64,000 nt of DNA, from assembly GCA_043228905.1 (NCBI GenBank), contig JBHGNT010000013.1:10230001-10294000 (forward strand). Reading direction: 5' to 3'. Each line of letters opens with the position of its first letter. Position 1 is the first letter of the stretch. Shown here piece by piece: positions 13,701 through 25,300 of the stretch. Origin of the DNA: Azolla caroliniana (lineage: Eukaryota > Plantae > Polypodiophyta). Both the position numbers and the translations under genes were made by a program. The notes under the pieces were generated by a model. It had not been told where the DNA came from and did no database searches. It saw nothing but the letters and a program-made list of their open reading frames with translations.

Positions 13701-14775
13701 CTCCTTCATGACCGATCAAGGGTACCACAAGACGCAGGCCGATCACTGCGTGTTTGTGAAGAAGTTCAAAGGAGGCGACTTCCTGATACTCCTTCTGTAC
13801 GTGGATGACATGTTGATCTTCGGACGGGACCAAGCCAAAATACGGATGCTGAAGAAGGCTCTCAACCGGACATTCTCAATGAAAGACTTGGGTCCGGCAA
13901 GACAGATGCTGGGGATGCATATCATCCGGAACCGGCCAACGAAGCAATTGTGGCTGTCACAGGAGAAGTACGTGACAAAGGTGCTTCAACGGTTCAACAT
14001 GTTAGAAGCGAAACCGGTCAGATTGACACTCCCGGCAAACTGCAGATTATCCGATAAGCAAAGCCCGAAGACAAAAGCAGAGAACACTGATATGATGAAG
14101 GTTCCATATGCCTCTGCCGTCGGGAGCTTAATGTACGCAATAGTGTGTACCCGACTGGATATTGGATACGCAGTCGGAGTGGTGAGCCGGTTCATGAGAA
14201 ATCCCGGCAAGGAGTACTGGAACGCGGTCAAATGGATACTCCGGTACTTGAAGGGCACTTCGAATATGTGTCTCCGATTTGGCTCCGGAAAACCTCAACT
14301 TGATGGTTTTACCGATTCAGACATGTCAGCTGATGTGGATACCAGCTGGTCTACATCTGGGTATGTAATGACATATGCAGGGGGAGTTGTTTCATGGCAG
14401 TCAAGGCTGCAGAAGACGGTTGCGTTGTCAACCACGGAGGCGGAGTACATGGCGGTTGTGGAAGCCGGCAAGGAAATATTATGGATGAAGGACTTCATCG
14501 GCAAGCTCGGTATCTGGCAAGATGAATATTGCCTCTATTGCGACAGTCAAAGTGCCATCCACCTTGCTAAGAATGCGGCCTACCATTCCCGGACGAAGCA
14601 TATCCAGCGAAGGTATCACTGGATCCGGGAAAGAGTAGATGACCAGGAGTTCGCACTGACAAAGATCCACACGGCCGAGAACGGGTCAGATATGCTGACC
14701 AAAGTACTGACACCTGACAAGCTGGATGCATGTCGGAAGCGGGTCGGACTACTAAGACATTCCATGCCGGAGTGA
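10729..14775 (+). pseudogene. Copia gag-pol polyprotein (Gag, zinc knuckle, protease, integrase, RT, RNase H) with in-frame stops
   Basis: ORF pieces at 10729, 11128, 11590, 11911, 12478 and 12682 are all in one frame; motifs WVVDSGAS, LWHKRLCH, LLYVDDML and YCDSQSAI. Confidence 0.95.
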
Positions 14776-15715
14776 AGGGGAAGTTTATTAGGAAATAGGT
14801 CCCTCCGGATGGGATGACCCGGTGAGAACCAGATGACAAGTACCCGGCAACGGAAGACCCGGTGAGAACCGGATGACGAGTACCCGACAAGAGCCGGATG
14901 GTGAAGACCCGGTGAGAACCGGATGTGGAGTACCCGGCAACGGATGACCCGGTGAGAACCGAATGACATGTGCCCGGCAAGCGCCGAATGATGCCCAGTG
15001 AGGAGTGCTCACCGGATGAAGGGACATATTCGTAAATATGTTTTTGAGCGTCCATCGGGGCTATATTTGTAAATAGCCGAAAAGTCATATTAGTATAAAT
15101 ATGACTTAGGGCAAACTCTTTTATGTTGTTGTTGTCATTCTTGTTGGCGCAAGACTAGAGCGTGTGTAACAGTGTATAGAGAGAGAGAGAGAGAGGAAGA
15201 GGTTGTTGCCTCTGTTGTAACCGCCGCCTGTGTCGAAGATCGTGAGCACGAGGTCGTTGCCCCGTGAGTTCACTGTTGTAATCATTGTGATATAGTGATA
15301 GTTTGCAGTCTGTGGGCTGCCGTGGTTTTTCCCTCTCAGGGTTTTCCACGTTAAACATCCTGTGCACTCTTCTCTTCTCTGTGTCGTGCATTTCATTCCC
15401 ATTTTTTTTCTGTGTTTGATCCTAGACTCGGTTGTGGCCAAACATTGTTTTAACGGAGCGTGTACTGCTTAGTGATTTTCTTTCGGTTGTTGCCGAAGAT
15501 TATTCCGTGTAGTTCCTGTCAATACACACATGCTATACAACTAAGAATCAAGATATACCACACTTACAATATAATACATACATAAATATGCAATACATAC
15601 ATATGAACACACACATAACACATACATACATAAAATATATACAACATATGCAATACAATATAATACATACATACACACATGTATAAAACATACATGTGGC
15701 TTCTATGTAAGGGCA

Positions 15716-16350
15716 TTTAAAATGAGAAACTATTTCTCACCCGTAAGTCCTGATTTTTGGATCTAGGTCCGAGCATGATGCACATAATCCTCAAGAGAGG
15801 TAAATGGCTTACTCGACAACATGAGCAAGTGTTGCGCTTGTTCAGTTTGAGAAGGTGGCTGCAAAAACTGTTTCTTAAAAACATGCACGAAACCTTCCCA
15901 AGTTGTGGGTAAGTTCTTTGCAGTCCTTTGGCCGCGCCACCAAGCAACAGCTCGGCCACCTAACTCACGACCGACGTATCCAATTTTTACAGCATCGGGC
16001 TTGGGGTGGAGCTCAAAGTGAGACTCCCAACGACCAAGCCAAGTGCTAATGGCCTCCTTGGTTCTTTCTTTCTTATCTCCCTTGAATGGTGTTACTACGA
16101 AAGAAGGCTCACCTTCTTTCTTGGACTCAATAGTCAATTCTTGGAATTTCTTTTCCAATGCCATATTGGCTTGCCTCATTTCGGCCAATTGATTCAAGGT
16201 AGTAGTGAGCAATTGCTCAATAGTGATCTTAGCTTGTGTGCGAGATGCGGATTGGAGTTGAGAGGTCTCGGTCGGAGAGATTGCTCCAACAACGTTCAGA
16301 ACTTTACCAAGAAAGCATCTCACGTCTTTACCCCTCTAGACATATGAGAT
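15716..16350 (-). mobile_element. Gypsy gag (retrotransposon capsid) fragment
   Basis: ORF 15763-16323: FKG..WLGRWESHF..VKIGYVGRELGGRAVAWW..TTWEGFVHVFKKQF, a Retrotrans_gag-like pattern. Confidence 0.75.
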
Positions 16351-17797
16351 GTGATTCGAGATCCGATAACTATGGTAACACGATGGTGTTTTAAAAACCA
16401 TGGGGGAAAACATAGCTAAGATGTCTTTCTCGAATCTCTATCTTGAATAATCATGGCAGCTCCCCGAGGCTCAACCATGGTTCTAACATCAATGTAGTTT
16501 CCTAGTTAGCCTTATATTAGAATGCTAACCCAACATGTATTGATATGGTCGAGAAAGTGTATTACGTGAAAAAACAAGTGCACTCGCAAGTAATATTCTA
16601 GTCTTGCGAGTAACAAGCAAATGTTATGACAAAAATGATAAAATAAGGCACTACCCATAAGAATCAAGCAGTGACGAAAACAAGGGTCAAAAAACCCATG
16701 TGTTACCTACTTAAAAAATAATGTCACAAATAAATGGATGGTGCGAGGTATGCACATATACATCCAAATATGGTGGTTGTAATTTGCACAATTGTGACAT
16801 AAGCCACAAATTGATACAAATGGTGGTGGTATTGTGCGCAAAGATGTAGTACTCAAATTTACGAGTAAAACATCAATAGGGGAACTCATATGACTTCACT
16901 TGTGTTCTAAGGTTCAATAATATGAGTTAAACATAGATGATCCGTTGGAAAAAATCGTTAAAAAAAACAGCATGATGCCCACTCCATACGAAAAAAATAG
17001 TCTACACGGAAGTGTTACATCATAGGTAAACGCACGTAAATACTTTATACACGAAAAGGAAGGGGGAAAAGGAGAGTTAATTGTGGGCAAGTAAACAATA
17101 ATTACGAGATAATCATATAAATGAAATGACAATTTGTGGAATTAGAAATTATTTAGAATAATAATCAATTAGGTGTATGAATAATTAAGCATGCCTTAAG
17201 GTATGAAACCCTAAGGTAGTCAACATGCACCTCCTCAAGACCACCACATCTCCCTAGAATCAGCCAATTGATGGCTCAATAATGAGTAAAGTGGCATAGG
17301 TAAGTGACATATACCTCGTCATGGCCACAACATCCCATAGACTCAACCAATTGATGGCTCAACAGAGGGAAGAGTGGCCTACTCAACATCGTATGCAAAA
17401 GGGCCATGAGGTGAGCATGTGCGATTAGGGCAAACACGCTCGACCCAATGCACAACAATAATTAATATCGTAAGAGAAGGCTCAAGAGAAGGGAGAGTGG
17501 GATATACATCGCAATATGCAAAAGGGCCATGAGTTGAGCGTGTGCGATTAGTACAAACACGCTCGACCCGATGCATAAGTAGATTAACATCGTATGATGG
17601 TAGAAAGAAAAAAGAAAAGAAAAGAAAACGTAATGCAAATTTGATTCGACAAACATAGAAAGAAGAGAGATCGAGAAAGAAGAATACCGGGTTTGGAGTG
17701 TTGTTTTGATCCTGAGAAGAGCATGACAAGCCTTGTTAGATCCCCATCGCTCACACGCAAAAAACATCAAAACAAACAAAAAAATTTGTTACTAAAA

Positions 17798-18182
17798 GCT
17801 CTGATACCACTGTTAAGAGTCTATTACTAATCAATAGACCAAACTAAAGTAAAAGAAGGAAAATAGAATGGATAGAAGAACCCGTTCCACCCAACCACCC
17901 CCGAGCTATGATCTAGACATAGCCAACCTACCACCGACGTCCCATACCGCCGGATATTAGGATGACTAATACCTTGGAAGAGATAAACGCGATCGTCGAG
18001 ACGAAAGCCTAGCCTGCACCGCCGGTGTCTAAGACAGCAGCCTTCTGACGTAATGTGATTATGAGGGTAGCTAAGCCTCATATTTATACCTTTTCCTAGG
18101 CCCCTTGAATAGATGCGCCTTCCTAAAAGTCTCTCCATTCATTGGTTGTCCAAATCATGATAGTGCAAGCACCTATCATTCC
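17798..18182 (-). mobile_element. Inverted, 5'-truncated LTR (17811-18182) plus tRNA-iMet PBS (17798-17809); same LTR family as 21839-22311
   Basis: Reverse complement of about 21940-22311 (the ORF-track peptides at 17827-18138 and 21984-22295 are near identical); GCTCTGATACCA abuts the LTR. Confidence 0.9.
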
Positions 18183-21100
18183 GAATGTCAAGTTCATTGG
18201 GAAATGTAAGCAATCCAATGACACTCTTGACCGCGACTCCAAGAAACCTAACCTCTTCTGTGCATATTACAAGAAACAGGGCCACACAGAGGATACATGT
18301 CGTCGTCTTGAGAGGAAGTCAATGAACACCCCTCCTCATGACAAATCTACGAGTCACACAAGTGAGTCTTTTGATGTTGTTAAAGTTCATACCAACCAGT
18401 TCATGTGAATGCACTTTTCCTTGACATTTACTTGGACCTAATGATTTACTCCGAGCATTCGGGTATATCAATGGAACACAAGCACATTTCTTGTTTGATT
18501 CTGGTAGTTCTCACAATTTTTCTTAATGATCACTTTGTGCAGCAAATGGAACTCCACATAAACACAAGTGTGATCATATCTAGATCAAGTTCACATGGAA
18601 AATGGAAGTGTTCAATACATCAGTGGCATTGTTTGTCAACTGCCGATTCAAATAGATACCTATTTGGAGAAGCTTGACTTTCATGTTATGAAACTACAAT
18701 CCGCAGATGTCATTTTAGGATACCCTTGGTTTTCTAATAAAAACCCTTCTTTGTCCATTGATTGGGTTAATCACTCAATCACATTTGACCTTAATAATGG
18801 TAAACATTTTATTCAATGTTCCAAACTTCCTTCGCGTTCACTTGTGTCTTCTAAATCTTTAAGTGAGTATTCCAGCTCATTAATTTATTCGTGTGTAATT
18901 GATCCTACGCTTCAATTTTATTATTTTAATATTGACGCCACACAATTACCACATTATGAACAACGATTACTCAACTCTATTTTAGACGATTTTCAAGACG
19001 TGTTTCCTAACGAATTGCCACTTACTTTACCACCAAAACGTAATGTGGACCATCAAATTGAACTCATTCCTGGTGTTGCTCCTGTGAGCATTCCATCTTA
19101 CCGACTTAGTCGATTAGAAGAGGATGAGATCGCTAAACAACTTAAGGAATACTTGAGTATGGGCCACATTAGGTATAGTAAATCACGTTGGGGTGCGCCA
19201 GTTCTATTAGTTAAGAAGAAGGAAGGTTCATGGCAAATGTGTATCAATTATCGCCGTTTGAATAAAATGACAATTAAAAATGCATATCCGTTACCTCGTG
19301 CCGATGATTTGATTGATTGTTTGCATGGGTCCCAATATTTTACGAAAAATTGAGTTACGGACAGGTTATCATCATATTCACATTGTCGAGGATGATATTC
19401 CTAAAACCGCTTTTCGTACGTGCTATGGCCATTATGAGTTTTTAGTCATGCCTTTCGGGTTGACTAATGCTCCAGCCACATTCCAACAAGCGATGAATGA
19501 CATTTTCCGAGATCAACTCGGTGATTTTGTTGTCGTCTTCTTGGATGATATTTTGATATATAGTTGTATCTTGCAAGATCATGTTCAACATGTTGAATTT
19601 GTTTTGCAAAAGTTGCGTGACAACTCTTTCTATGCAAAACATTCAAAATGTGATTTTTTCCAAAAATATATTGTGTACCTAGGTCACTTAATTACGGAAA
19701 ATGGTGTTAAAATTGAACCTTCTCGTCTTGAAAAGGTTAAACTTTGGCCCATTCCTCGTAATATTCGTGAATTGCGATCATTCTTAAGCTTTGTTGGATT
19801 TTTACGAAAATCAATTCGTGACTATTCCAAATTGACTACGCCATTAACTAACCTTTTAAAAGGTCATCCACGTAAGTCTGTCAAACCAATTGCATGGAAT
19901 GAACAACTTGACAAATCATTTGACACACTCAAAGAGCATGTGTGTCTAGCTCCCACTCTTCTATTATCGGACCCTTCTAAGGCTTTCTCAATCGAAAACG
20001 ATGCTAGTGATTATGCTATTGGTGTTGTGCTTTATCAAGGTGGTCACCCTATTGCTTTTGAAAGTAAGAAGCTTGATGCTATCGAATCTCGGTATTCAGT
20101 TCAAGAGAAAGAGTTGTTTGCAGTAATACATGTACTTAAAACATGGAGGCACTATCTCTATGGAAATAAATTTGTGGTTACAACAGACCATCAATGATTG
20201 AAGTATTTTTGTGACCAGCCAGATCTTGTTGGTTGTAAAGGCCGTTGGGCTGACCTTATATAGGATTTTGATTTTTCCATACGGTATCGCAAGGGTTCTA
20301 TGAACACTGTTGTGGATGCTCTTAGTCGCATTAAAGAAGTTAACATGCTTAGCTTCACGAAAATAAAATCTGATCTTTTAGATCACCTTCGAGGGAAATA
20401 CCTTGATGACAGTTATTTTTCGAAATACTAGACGAAAGTTGAATTTGGTTTAGATGTTGATACTAGCACCCTACCCTCGAAGGCGACCGTTCACATTACA
20501 AACGGTTTGCTCTACCGTAGTGGAAAGGTCTATGCTCCAGATTTACCAAACGTAAAACAGAAAATTCTTCATCTGCTGGTCATCCTAGAATACAACGCAC
20601 ACTCATTCTCATCTCGAGTATTCCTTTCTGGCCTAAGATGCGCTCTGACGTGCATAAATACGTAACTCAATGCTTCCAATGTCAAATTAATAAGTCGGAA
20701 CAACTTAAAGCTATTGGTCTTTTACATCCCTTAGATATTCCCAACAACAAATGGGAAAGTATCTCGATGGATTTTATTGTTAGTTTACCTCGTACACAGA
20801 GGGGTCATGATGTCATTTGGGTTGTCGTTGACAGACTAACAAAATTGGCTAGATTTATTCCTACCAAAACCTCAATAACTACTCAACAATTGGCTTATCA
20901 ATTTGTTGATGAGTTATTTGGTTTTTATGGATTACCGATGGATATTGTTAGTGATCGAGATTCCAAGTTTACCAGTGACTTTTGGACTCAAGTCTTTAAG
21001 AAACTAGAAACTACGTTGAGCATGAGTTCTGCAGATCATCCTCAGTCTGATGGACAAACTGAATGAGTTAATCAAATTATTGAGGACATGCTTCGAGCTT

Positions 21101-22311
21101 ATGTAGCAAAAACCCCTTCTAAGTGGGAGCAATACCTTCCTATCTTAGAATTTGCCTATAATAGCTCTAAACATACATTCACTGGATATAGTCCTTTTAT
21201 GTTGATGTATGGTTTTCAGCCACATGCCCTAGTTGATGTCACGATTCATTGTGATACATTAGACAGTACACGCATTTTTTTGCAAGACATGAACCAAATG
21301 TTGCATATTGCCAAAGACAATGTCAAGACGACTCAAGATCGTGCTCGATTTTATGTTGATCAGGATAGACGTCCTCGTGCATTTACTATTGGTCAAAAAG
21401 TTTTTTTGTGTGTCCCTACTAACTCTACGTCATTGTCTATGGGTAAGTGCGCTAAGTTAACCCCACGATATTGTGGCCCATTTGAAATCCTTAAGCGGGT
21501 TGGGTCATCTGCTTATCACCTTGCCTTACCCTATAACGTTGGTATTCATCTTGTTTTTCACGTTAGTCGTCTAAAACCAGTTTTAGGCTCTGGTGATAAC
21601 ACCATCACAATCCAAGATCTTGTAACATTAGAGGATTTTTCTTACAAACCTCATGTTCTTGAACGAATTCTTGATTCTCGTACTAGTAAACGTTTACGTT
21701 CTAAAGAGATTCAGCTATTCAAGATCAAATGGATGGATGAACCTATTGACGATGCCACATGGGAACGCGAGCATACTCTTAAGGCACAATTTCCTCACTT
21801 TATATTGCAAGAGTGCAATCTTTTGAAGTAGGGGAGTATGTTATGTACACATAACGTTGGTGAGGGTAGGTCACCAATATTTACATTAGTGAAGGATATG
21901 TTCACTAATGTTAAAAAGGGGACTCATGATTGGATAGAAGGAATGATAGGTGTATGCACTATCATGATTTGGACAACCAATGAATGGAGAGCCTTTTAGA
22001 AAGGCACATCTATTCAAGGGGCCTAGGAAAAGGTATAAATATGAGGCTTAACTACCCTCATAATCACATTATGTCGGAACGTTGTTGTCTTAGACACCGG
22101 TGGTGCGGGCTAGGCTTTCGTCTCGACGATCGTGTTTATCTCTTCCAAGGTATTAGTCATCCTAATATTCGGCGGTATGGGACGTCGGTGGTAGGTTGGC
22201 TATGTCTAGATCATAGCTCGGGGGTGGTCGGGTGGAATGGGTTCTTCTATCCATTTTATTTTCCTTCTTTTACTTTAGTTTGTTCTATTGATTAGTAATA
22301 GAATCTTAACA
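18183..22311 (+). mobile_element. Chromovirus-type Ty3/Gypsy: gag zinc knuckle, protease, RT, RNase H, integrase, chromodomain and 3' LTR (21839-22311); degenerate
   Basis: [54 protein letters not shown], chromodomain ERILDSR..KIKW...DDATWERE; PPT GAAGTAGGGGAG before TG at 21839. Confidence 0.92.
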
Positions 22312-25300
22312 GTTCCACACCATCTTTTCCTCTTAAGTACCATAGTACTCATCCTCCTCTACCTCTAGTACTAATTCCCTCTCCATGTTTAGTACTATTC
22401 CTGACAGTTTGAAACGAATTGCTCTATCTTCTTACTCCTCCCTCTCTTCATATTAATCCTCTTATCCCTTTTTCCTCCAATACTATGGCAACTGTTAGTG
22501 GTCAAGAATATCAATCCGTTTTCTCAGAGTTGCAATGCTTGAAAGAAAGGTTTGTCGCATTGGAACAAGAAAATCAACGGTTGTTGGGGGATCTTCAAAA
22601 AATCTCTTTAGAAAAGCAACAAACGTAACAACAACATGGGGATCTAGCGTTACGCATGCAACAACTTGAAGCAACCATTGTAGCATTGCAACAACAAGGA
22701 CCAAGTACTCAAGGGATTCATAAAGAGCCTAAGATCGGCCTTCCTATGATATTCGATGGGACGCAATCACAGTTCAAAGGATTCCTTAATCAGGTACGAT
22801 TAGTCATTCAAATGCATCCTTCCCGATATCCCACTGATGCATCACGAGTGGGTCTAGTAGGCACGTTGCTGAGCGGCTCAGCTTTGGCATGGTTTGCTCC
22901 GTTATTAGAAAAAAGATCTCCATTTCTAGATAATTTTGCAGAGTTTATAAGCGAGTTTAAAGCCTATTTTGGAGATACTGATACCATAAGGACAGTAATC
23001 AACAAAATCCGACGATTACGTCAAGGTGATCATCCAGCCTCCGCTTACGCTATAGATTTCCGTCTACTCACCTCCAATATCCCATGGGATGATCAAGCAT
23101 TGATGGAGCAATTTCGATACAGCCTACGAAATGATATAAAAGACTTACCCATGACTTTCCCCGAAGAACCAAAATCACTCAGAGAGGCAATCTGTCGAGT
23201 TGTACAATGCGATAACCGGCTTTTCGAGCGATGTTCAGAACACCAGTTAGAAATGCCAAGGACCAGGTCAAAGCCCAAATACGCCTCGGTCGTAGCAAAA
23301 CCATTTGCAAGGGAACCATATAATGCATCTCTGGCAAATACTCGAACACCGATGGAAATCAACATCACACGTCATCGTGGACCATTGTCAGAAGAAGAAA
23401 AGCAACGATGCCAAGCAAATCTATTATGTCTTTATTGCGGAGGACCAAGGCATATCGTAGTAAACTATCCACATAGGCAAAGAATATAGGTAAATCAAAT
23501 AGTAGCTTGTACTAAACCTTAGTCTATTTCAGTATGAGTGTCTGACAATCCTATTAGTACTAATAGCCCAAGTCTATCGAACAAATTTGAAGTCCTTAGT
23601 CAGTTAGAAGAAGAGTTAAACGACTAAGTCTAGCTAAAATAGGAGTCGTTCGGTTGGACAGCCCTAGATCTGGGCAGCCCATTACTGGTTCCATTCCCTC
23701 TAAGCAAGTTAGCAATGTCTTCTTAGCTCACGTAACAGTTAGTACTAAAAGTACCCCTCCAGTACATGTCTTAGCACTCTTAGATTCCGGAGCCAATTCT
23801 TGCTTCATAGATAGGAATTTTGCCCAAGCTCATCAGATATCCCTAAGAAAGCTTCCTTGCCCAACATCTGTAATCATCATAGATGGTCACCCCATTGCTT
23901 CCAGAAATATTGTAGAAGAGTCAAAGCCGATTCAGGTTGTCCTAGATAATTTGGTGTGTGTAGTATCATTTAATATAATTAGTAGTCCAGAGCATCCAAT
24001 TGTCTTGGGGTTACCATGGTTCAAATTACATAACCAAGACACAGATTGGAGAACAAGAGAACCTTGATTATTGTGGTTTGAATAAGGTCACCATCAGGAA
24101 TAGTTATGCACTTCCCCTTATCTCGAGTCTTTTAGAACGGATTAATGGTGCAAAGTTCTTCACAAAGATCGACTTATGAGGAGCATATAACCTCGTACGG
24201 ATCCGACCACGAGATGAATGGAAGACCGCTTTTTGCACCCGATATGGGCACTTTGAGTATACCGTTATGACATTCGGTCTCACCAATGCGCCAGCAGTCT
24301 TCCAGCACATGGCAAATGATATATTCCGAGATCTCTTGGATATCGATTTGATCATCTATTTGGATGATCTACTAGTTTATTCAAAGACTCAAGAAGAGCA
24401 TGATTCTCATGTACTATTAGTACTAAAACGACTTCGAGAACATGGTCTTTATGCAAAATTGGAAAAATGTAGTTTTGAGTGCAACCAGGTGGAATTTCTA
24501 GGCTATGTCATCTCCTCGGAAGGCATCTCTATGGATCTAGCTAAGGTCAAAACTATGGTAGAGTGGCATACTCCATGTTCGTTGTGAGATGTGCAATGTT
24601 TGTTAGGCTTCGCAAATTTCTACCGCAAGTTTATACAAGACTAATCAAAGCTTATTTTGCCTCTCACACAGCTTACCAAGAAGGGGCAGTCGTTTGTTTG
24701 GTTTAAGGAAGCGGACACGGCTTTTGTGAATCTGAAGAAAGCATTTACATCAGCTCCTATTCTAGCTCATGTTGATCCAAAAAAACCGTTCATCATTGAG
24801 GCAGACGTGTTAGATTTCGCCCTTGGTAGCATTCTATCGCAACAAGGCGATGATGAAAGACTACATCCTATGGCTTTCCACTCGCACAAGTTTGACGCTG
24901 CCAAAATCAATTACGAGATACATGACAAGGAGCTATTAGCAATAGTGGACACTTTTGCACAATGGAGGCATTTCTTAGAGGGATCTTCTCATCAAGTCAC
25001 AGTATTCAGTGATCACAAAAATCTTGCCTACTTCACAAAAATCTTGCATACTTCACAAAAATCGACAACAAGCTCGGTGGGCCCAATTCCTCACTTGTTT
25101 CGACTTCAAAATTACATATTGTCCTGGGAAGCAACAAGGGAAGGCAGATGCATTATTGTGGCGCTCGTATCTAGCACCTCATCTCGGTGATCCAGCATTC
25201 AATAATCAAAAGCTAGTAATCTTGGGACCAACACAACTACAAGCAACATGGGTTTTTGACACTCCATTGGATTCCCGCATTATAGATACGATACGTGAAG

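Larger units (their letters stand above)
9998..15521 (+). mobile_element. Full-length Ty1/Copia LTR retrotransposon (Tork/Tnt1-like), non-functional
   Basis: 5' LTR 9998-10698, 3' LTR 14786-15521 (TG mutated to TA), TSD ATACA on both sides, PBS TGGTATCAGAGC 10702-10713, PPT GAGTGAAGGGGAAG before the 3' LTR. Confidence 0.97.

Noticed and set aside
12866-14670. Antisense ORFs overlapping Copia pol (also 39310-42985)
   Set aside because: Shadow ORFs of GC-rich coding sequence with no recognisable motifs
17827-18138. Duplicated 103-aa ORF (also 21984-22295) as a gene
   Set aside because: Both lie wholly within copies of the same LTR; similarity reflects LTR identity
21839-22311. Hammerhead ribozyme or Cassandra-type 5S sequence in the LTRs
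   Set aside because: No CTGATGA...GAAA core with flanking stems and no 5S rRNA match seen by eye; an Infernal search would be needed to exclude them formally
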